Of a stretch of 64,000 nt of DNA, positions 51,901 through 60,900 are shown piece by piece; positions within the stretch are counted from its first letter, which is position 1, and each line of letters begins with the position of its first letter. A model generated the notes under the pieces. It did no database searches and had not been told where the DNA came from. It saw only the letters and a program-made list of their open reading frames with translations. Position numbers and translations under genes: made by a program. The stretch is from Raillietiella orientalis (Eukaryota), in NCBI GenBank assembly GCA_036172245.1, contig JAYWIR010000030.1, positions 2,108,001 to 2,172,000 of the forward strand, given 5' to 3'.

Positions 51901-54900
51901 ATTTTTTTAGAGTACTGCTTATGAAGTTTTCGAATATAGATAATAGGATGCTTTCATCTGTTGAATTATTTCCCGAGTGTTGCTTTTGAAACTGAATTGT
52001 GTTTCTCAGATCTGTCTGCAAAACAAATGCACTTGCGCTTACGGATTCGTACAGCAAAATCTCACATGCGTGGATGAAAATGAATGCACGAGTCTTCCTT
52101 GTCATCCATCGGCCGCCTGTGTGAACACTCCAGGGTCATACAAATGTGTTTGCCATGAAGGAACTACCGGAAATCCTTACAAAGAGCCTGGTTGTAAGTT
52201 GCATGAAAAGTTCATCTCATAGACTGCTCATAAGTGAACGCTTTCCCCAATTTTCTTACTGATGTATGTGTGCATTTGCAGGCACTGAAGCTCATAAGTG
52301 TCAGAGTAACAACGACTGCTCAGAAAGCTCTGTTTGCGAACCTGATTCCAAAGGTATCAGACGATGTTTGAACCCATGTCAGAAAGTCAACTGCGGACCA
52401 AACACATTATGCCTACTGTCTGGAGTTCTTCCTTTGTGTCGCTGCAAGCCGGGATATTTGGGAAAACCTGAAGACCTGCAGCTGGGGTGCATAAAGGTCG
52501 AGTGCTTGCAGGACACAGACTGTCCAGATGAAACCATTTGTGATAAATCCTTGAACCGATGCCAAGGTACAAGAGAGTTTAACATGCCGCTTATGACGCT
52601 GTTCTTACAGATCCTTGCGCTTACATCCAGTGTGGAAAAGGAAGCTGCATCGTTTCAAACCACATAACCGAGTGCATTTGTGAGACTGGATATGAACGAG
52701 ATGCAGATGGGAAATGTCGCGATTACGATGAGTGCCACAATGATGCGTGTCATCCTACGGCAAAGTAATGTGGCAAAATTTTGTGTAGAGTGCTTCATTC
52801 AACATTTCAGATGTATCAACACCATTGGTAGCTACCAGTGCGTCTGCAAAGCGAATCTTATTGGAGATCCCTATGGGCAAGGGTGCCAAGAACCAAACAG
52901 ATGTAATGATAATGCTGATTGCCCTTCGAACACAGTATGTGAAAATAGTCACTGCAGAAATCCTTGTCTGGATCCACTGGCCTGCGGAAAAAATGCCCTG
53001 TGCACGGTTTCTGATCGCAGGTAAGCAAAGCATCTTGATATTTGGGAAAACGTCCAAAATCGCATGCCTATATGTTTTAAGGTGCAAATTACAGTCATCT
53101 GCTATTAGGATACAATGATCGCTTCAGCTTTAGATTCTTTAAAGCATTCACATTTCTATGATCGCCGAATAACTTTTCTTGCGATGATATTGTGGTTAAA
53201 TATGGAAAAATAATTTCTACATACAAAAGATTAAGGGAATCATATTTCGTATTTAATAGATTGTATCACTGTGGAAAGCATTTTGAACAATATGGACTTC
53301 ACGATAATGCTGCTAAGATGATACGGAATGATAATACTGCTACGTATGGTGAATATAAAGGATAAGAAAAAAGCATTCTGACATATGAAAGATCGAATAA
53401 CATATCAAGGAGCTGATAGAATAGAAAACTGGTAATTAGGAAAAGACAAGAAGAGAGAAGCCAAAAGCCTAAACCTTATATCTTTCATTCAGTCAAAGCA
53501 TTATTGAATATCTGTCAAAAGACTTTTTCTTTTATCACTTTGAGTGTCCATTATACGGAAGGTCGCATTTATTTTTCAAGATTAAAATTTGTAACCGACG
53601 TACTTTAGTAAAAGGGAAATTACCTTCATTACAACTTCTTGTTTTCGTAAGATGGATTGTGCAATAAGAGGTTAATAGATACAGCAACCCGTCTTTTACT
53701 AGCTGATTCTCTATAAACAGAATCCCCTTCCACCCAACAAAAATGCTAAAAATAATAGCAGGGCCATCAGGAGCAGAAAATGCTAAAGACTTCGGAAAAG
53801 CCTTATTTAAAAACTGTACTTCTAGATAGGGAAGCGGTAATTTAGCTGTGGAGAACGGTTTTCTGTTTTGTTTGTATCTGCTCCTTCCATGATTCTCTTC
53901 ATCATGGTGCGGTGCTTTTGAATATGTCAAAGTGTTTCCCTTATCCGTTCAAAAGAAATATGTCCCGTAATCAATCCTTCGAATCAGAGATTGTGTCTAC
54001 AGGAGCAAAGGATTCAATTGTACGAGATGAAACAGGAAATACCTCGATACAAGAAATGTTCATTAAGGTGTCTAGTAAAAAGGGACGATGAAAGTGTCAT
54101 AATAACGAGATGCAACATTGGTTCATCAGGAAAAATATGCTCCATATATTTGCTTGGTTTACCATTCTTGTGATCGAGGATTTTTTCTAAAATGAGGCGT
54201 GTTCTGTTCCACATGCAGATCGAAGATTAGAAAGTTAGGGGAGCAAGTGATTGCCTCAATGCAGGTTTGTAAAGCGTTCGACTCTGAGCTAGGTTTCGTT
54301 CAAAGTATGAGTTTTCAATTCGAACTTCTAAATCACAAGAGCAAAGGTACTTATTTCTGTGCTGAAACGGAAGATTTGGGATGGTTTGAAGCCCAGCATG
54401 CAACGGCAAACAGGAATTATGTGGATTATCCACTGCATCAAGAATATATCAGATGCATCCCTAGTCAGCGGAGATGTGCGACTCACGCAGCTCTTTCATT
54501 AAAGTTGTGGTGTCTGTTTGAACCTTGAGGGCCAAATAGGAAAGAAGTATGCAAAATGAACCTCGGATCTGCGTTAAAGAAAGCAGCAACAAAAAAAATC
54601 GTACACTGTCAATAAGAAAATAAAAGTAGTTTCATAACTTGATGCACACCCTTTATCTTTTAATGAAGCGACAAATTTTCCAAAATCGTGGTACTAAAGA
54701 ATTTGTGTGATTCTAAATCACTTTTATGCAAACTATTTATTTTTTAGCAAATTAAAGCAACCGCAAATACAGTACAAAATACACATGTGAAAGAATGGGT
54801 AATATGTTTCTTCCAGTTATGCTTACAATGTAGCATCTTGAAAAAGTGATTAACTACGGCAATAATTATGGTTTATGTGGATGAGGTTCTATAATTTTCA

Positions 54901-57900
54901 TGTCTTGTTTATCGCATTCATTAAAAGACTATGGATATTCGGTAACCAGTAAGACATGGCAATGAAGTATGCTATGCAGCATAGTATTCAGGTAGTGCAT
55001 AGTATTCATCATAGAGATAGAACAAGTGTTCTTTTAGTTGGTCTGGCCTTCTTAATCCTGTCTTTTGCTATAAAAGTAAATGCATAATATGGGAAACAAA
55101 ATTTTAAATGTACATTCAAAACATCCATTAAATTGTTTCTAAATCAAGAAATCTTAATTCATTATGCATGAATTGACAGTTTAAACTGTTTTCTCCAGAT
55201 GCTGTATTTGCACAGGATGATTTATGAATACTTACGATTCTTTATTAGCATTGATAATCATCTGTTATTTTACGTAATTCATGTAACCTTGTAATGTTTT
55301 ATGTGTATCAGGAAAAGGAGACTTGATCAATGGTTGGATCATGGCAGAACATGTGTATTTCAATTGTAGCTCTCATAGTATCCAGAAATGCCCTAACCTG
55401 TGCGTTCATTTTATCAACACCCTAAAATTATGATTATTGATCAAATTTTTGTGGTGTTAATAACAATGAACATTATTGAACCCAGTGATTATCAGTTGAA
55501 GTAAATTTTGTTCTTATCCAACTAGTTATAAGGATCCAGATTAACAATACATGAATCAACCGAATTGTTTTAATCAAGTTAGGGCAGAAATACAAGGAAA
55601 TGGAAAAAAAGTAAAAAGTGTATTTTACTTTGCAAAAATTACTTAAGGGCTTTCAAATAATGATTCTAATTTTATAAATCAAAGGGAATGGTATAAATAA
55701 ATTTCTAGATGAGGATTTATTCCAAAGTACAAATTAGACCCTTTCTTTGCACATGTTTAAAGCATATAATACACATTTCTTTTGTTTCACTTCAGTTCAC
55801 AAGTTCCAATTCTGTTTTTCAGACCAATTTGCAGTTGCCTGGAAAAATTCACAGGAGATCCTGTCATCTCTTGTGATTATTTAGAATGTATAGAAAGTGC
55901 AGACTGTTCATCCAAAAAAGTGTGTCAGCAGAACAGATGTGAAGATCCTTGTTTACAACCCAATGTATGTGGAAAAAATGCAAAATGTTCTTTTGAAAAT
56001 GATTTGGTTCATTGTGCATGTGAAATGGGTTACACCGGAGATCCACACCTCAGCTGCAATAAAATTATTTATTGTCAAAATGAAAATCAGTGTCCATCGG
56101 AAAAGGCTTGCAGAGAAGGCATATGCTCAGGTATAAAAAACACGAGGTTGTTTTGACTTCGAGATCTTTTTTAAGACTCATTCCCTAATTAATAAAATAT
56201 TTGATTTCTAGGGAGATGTAAAACGGATCGTGAATGTCTCATTTACGAAATTTGTTTTGATGGAGTATGTCTAAAAAATTGCTACACCTATGATGATTGT
56301 GCTGAGTATCAAACTTGCTCTAATAATTTATGCGTTCAGATAGCAAAATGCAGACAAAATTCAGATTGTCAACCTGAAGAAATCTGCAGTACCAACAATC
56401 TTGGACAAGTAAGTAAGGCATGAATGTTGATTCTTACGGTGCACATCATGGGAATTTGATGTAAATCATTACTGCGTTTTATTGCATTGAAATTGAATTC
56501 CTTCATAATAGTGAAATATAATATATTCTTCAGATCATGCATTTGTGTTTTGCCATTTCTTTATTGAATTTCGTTTTGTCCCTCATTAATATTTTTGTCA
56601 ATATTTTTTAGAAAGAATGCCTCAATGCGTGTGAAGATTCCCTGTTGTGTGGTCGTAATGCTGTTTGTGTGCCTCAAAATCATGAACCCACCTGCAGATG
56701 TCAAGATGGTTACCATAGAAATGCTTTAGATGACAAAATTGGTTGTCAGCGAATTGAGTGCAAAGATGATAGTTCATGTTCTCCTAATGAAGTGTGTCAT
56801 AACTTTCAGTGCAAAGGTAATGTACGAAAAATTGATATTTGCACTTTCCATGTTCATTTTGTAGATGCTTGTCAGTTGAAAAATTGTTCTGAGCAAACCT
56901 TTTGTACATCACAAGACCACAGAGCAGTGTGCATTTGCACAGAAAACAGTGGTTATTCAGAAGCAAGTTGCCATGCTGTTAATTTTTGTGACTCACAACC
57001 CTGTGGAAATGGAGCTATTTGCCAAAATACTGTACATTCATTCAAGTGCATGTATGTCAGTCAAGTTAATGACCTGCTGTAGACTGTATACTCCAGGTGC
57101 CCTCCAAATACTTTTGGAAATCCTTATAAAGAAGGGTGTTATATTTCTGGAGATTGCGAGTATGATGAGGAATGTCCTTCAAGTGCAACATGTGTCCATG
57201 TGAATGAATCTTACAAATGTCAAGATGCATGTGCTCATGTACATTGTGATTTTGGGTCAGAATGTTATGCCCAGAACCATCAGCCTACATGTGTTTGCAA
57301 ACTCGGGTACCATAAAAATGATTTAGGAACTTGTGTTCCAGGTTAACTGATTATGAAATAATTCTCAAGATTTTGATAATACTCTTTCAGGTCAAGAAAG
57401 GTGCAGTCAACATTCTGACTGTCTGCCATCATTTATTTGTGATAACTTTGTTTGCAAAGGTGATTTTGATTGTACCATTCTTAATTTTCATGATATATCC
57501 TAATATGAATGCTTAATTTTGTTTATTAATTGTCTTGCATTTTTAGCTAGCTGTATATCAAACAGTGAATGTGTGGACTCTGAAATCTGTCTGCAAAATC
57601 ATTGCAGCAGTGTCTGTGACGAGAAAAACTTTTGTGGCTTGAATGCAGAGTGCATTATAAAGAAGCATGAAAAACATTGCCAGTGTTCTCACCTGAGTTT
57701 TACTGGAGATCCGTTTATAGAATGCAAAAGAAGTACTTGTAGACTAAAATAGTCAATTTAAACATTCTTGAAATTCTGACTTTTTTTGCAGTTCCTGTTG
57801 TGTGTCAGAGAGATGTTGACTGCCCAGATAAGCTCTCTTGTCTCGAAAATATTTGCATGCAATCCTGCTTTACTGATTCTGGATGTGCCTCAAATGAAAA

Positions 57901-60900
57901 GTGTGTAAACGGTTATTGCAAAAGTGAGTACTTTGATTCTCATGTACTTAGTGACAATTTTTGTTAGTGATGTGTCATGAAGAAGCTGATTGTTTTCCAA
58001 ATCATATTTGTATAAATAATCTCTGCATCGTTGGTTGTTATGATCACAGTAATTGCTCATCATCAGAAGCATGTATAGACCATCGTTGTGCTGCTCTCTG
58101 TACCCCTGAAACTTGTGGTCTTCATGCTTCATGCCTTGTTTTTGATCATCAAGCCAAATGTTTTTGTCCCTTAGGCTTCATTGCAAAGCCAACAGCAGAT
58201 GTGGCTTGTGTGCGTGCACCTAATTTTTGTGCACACAACAAGGACTGTTCAGATCATTTTGCATGTATAGATGGTGCATGTCGTCCTATATGTAGTTTAC
58301 AGATACATTGTTTGCTTAATGAAAAATGTGTTGATGGTGTATGTCGCCCCACGTGTCAGTCTGACATGGACTGCCGCAGCGGAGAGATTTGTGATAACAG
58401 GATATGCACAACAGGATGCCACATACATGCTGACTGCATTTCTCAGCAAGTTTGTCTCCATAAGAAATGCCAAAGTAAACTGATTTTACAAAAGCTCTAG
58501 AGTTTCTCATTATGTTTTCATAGACCCATGTTCACTATCATCATCATGTGGTATTCGTGCAGATTGTTCTGTTGAAGATCATGAAATAATATGTTCCTGC
58601 CCTGAAAGTTTTACAGGTGATCCTTATTCCAATTGCTACTATGTGCCCGCTCCATGTCATGATAATAATGACTGCAAATCAACTCATACTTGCAAAGAAA
58701 ACTTCTGTCAACCAATTTGCCAAAGGTTTGCTTGGGTATTTCATAATATAATTTTACTTAAAATTTCCAGTGAAAATGATTGTTTTGATAATGAGCAGTG
58801 TATTGATGGAATTTGTCGACCCCTTTGTATTGCAGATGATCAATGCAACTCTCAGGAAATTTGTTCTGAGAGGTTTTGTCAACAGGGTTGTCGTTTCAAT
58901 GCTTCTTGTTTAGATCATTTAACTTGCATTGAAAATAAATGCCAAGGTATGTCAATGAAGTTTTTCATGATTGTGCTAAATAAATATTTAGATCCTTGTC
59001 TCGATAGTCAAACATGTGGTCGTTGTGCACAATGTCATGTTGTCAGTCATCAAGTCATTTGTAGTTGTCCCATTGGTACAGTCGGCAATTCAGATGTAGC
59101 ATGTGTTCATGCTTTGCAACGCTGTGATTCGAATTCGAATTGTGGGGAATCTGAGATCTGTGCTTCTAATTTATGTCTGAAAACGTAAGAATTTTTCATA
59201 AAAGCAAAGAATCACATAATTTAGTTATTTCAATTTGGCATTCTTAGATCTATAATTTGATTGCTCTTATTTAAAATACTATGCTAAAGATAAAAGTAAT
59301 TTTTGATGGTATGAAAATTAATTTTAGATGCTTCTTAGCGTATTTCATTAAATTTGTTTTTTTTTAGATGCTCTGATTCAGCTGATTGCTCATGTGGAGA
59401 AGTGTGTTATAATGATGTTTGCTTGGTACAGTGTAGTGCTGATTCAGTTTGTCCTAAGGTTGGTTATTGTTAGCAGGGCAAAATAACTAATTTTCATTTA
59501 ACAAATTATGTGTTCCTCATTAAATATATTTTAGGGAACTCACTGCAGTGCACATGTGTGTCAAGGCGGCTGCATATCGAATGAAGATTGCCAAGAGAAA
59601 TTGATTTGTTTAGACAGTCGTTGTCAAGATCCGTGCAAAACATCTTGTGGACAAAATGCAATCTGTGAAGTTCGAAATAGACATCCTATTTGCAGCTGCC
59701 CTGTTGGCTATCAAGAAAATCTCAGTCATGATTGCCTAATGGTATAGTTTATATGAATTATGTGAAACAATTAATTCGTATTTAGGTGGAATGTGAAATA
59801 AATGCTGATTGCAAAAGTGATCAAGTATGCACTGAACTCACATGTATAAATCCTTGTCAACAGTCAGATGTTTGTGGTATAAATGCCCAATGCAGAGTAG
59901 AAAACCGGAAAGCTCTGTGTTCTTGCCCAATCGGGTATTTTGGAAATCCCTCTGTTGGCTGTGAATTTGGTGAGTAAAAAGGAATTTTTTTCTTTTTTCA
60001 TACACTATCTAGGCATTAACAACTGTTTGGCAAATCCATGTGGAAAGAATGCCCACTGTACTGATATCAACAACGGATTTCAGTGCCTTTGTGACGTTGA
60101 TTGCACAGGTGATCCATACAGAGCATGTTTATGTTCTGCATCCCATATAAGTCCATGTGACAATATCAGTTGTGGAAAAAATGCCCAATGCAACATTACT
60201 GACAACACATTCTCATGTGTTTGTCCTTTGGAATTCCCATTGGGCAATCCGTTAACTGAATGTATGTATTGCATATAATATCTCAAATTAATTTATTTAT
60301 TTTTGTAGGCTATGCTCATTCTGTAACTGGAGACTGTCGTCATATTCCATGTGTTCGTGGAGCTGTTTGCATTTTAGAAGAAGAACGCTTTCGTTGTGTC
60401 TGTCCTCAAGGAACTGTAGGAAATCCAGAAATAGAATGTTTGCCAGGTGAATATCTTTGCTGTTATCAGGATTGATCTGGAGGGGTTAAAAATGTATCCG
60501 TGTTCTGTGCCACAGAGAACTATGCACACTCTACACATTTCATTATTATGTAATTCTGATATCCTGAAATATTGCTTTCCTTCTTACTCTAGATGGCACA
60601 TGCCAATTTGACTCAGATTGCCATAACGATGAAGCCTGTCTTCATGGACAGTGCACAAATCCTTGCAATTTACGTGAAGCTTGTGGTCAGAATGCTTTGT
60701 GTCAGATAGTTTTGCACAAAGTTCGTTGCACCTGTCCCCAATGTTATATTGGCAATCCTCACATAAACTGTCATCCTGATCTGACTTGTAATAGGGGAAT
60801 TTCTTCAACTCAACCCCCTGCTTATGAGAGTTGTCATTCAGATGATGATTGTTCATACAAAATGAAATGTCAAATAAGTTCTGGACTTTGTTTTGATCCC

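Noticed and set aside
53535..53930. 131-codon minus-strand ORF in an AT-rich intron
   Set aside because: No recognisable domain; the + strand looks like further LINE debris.
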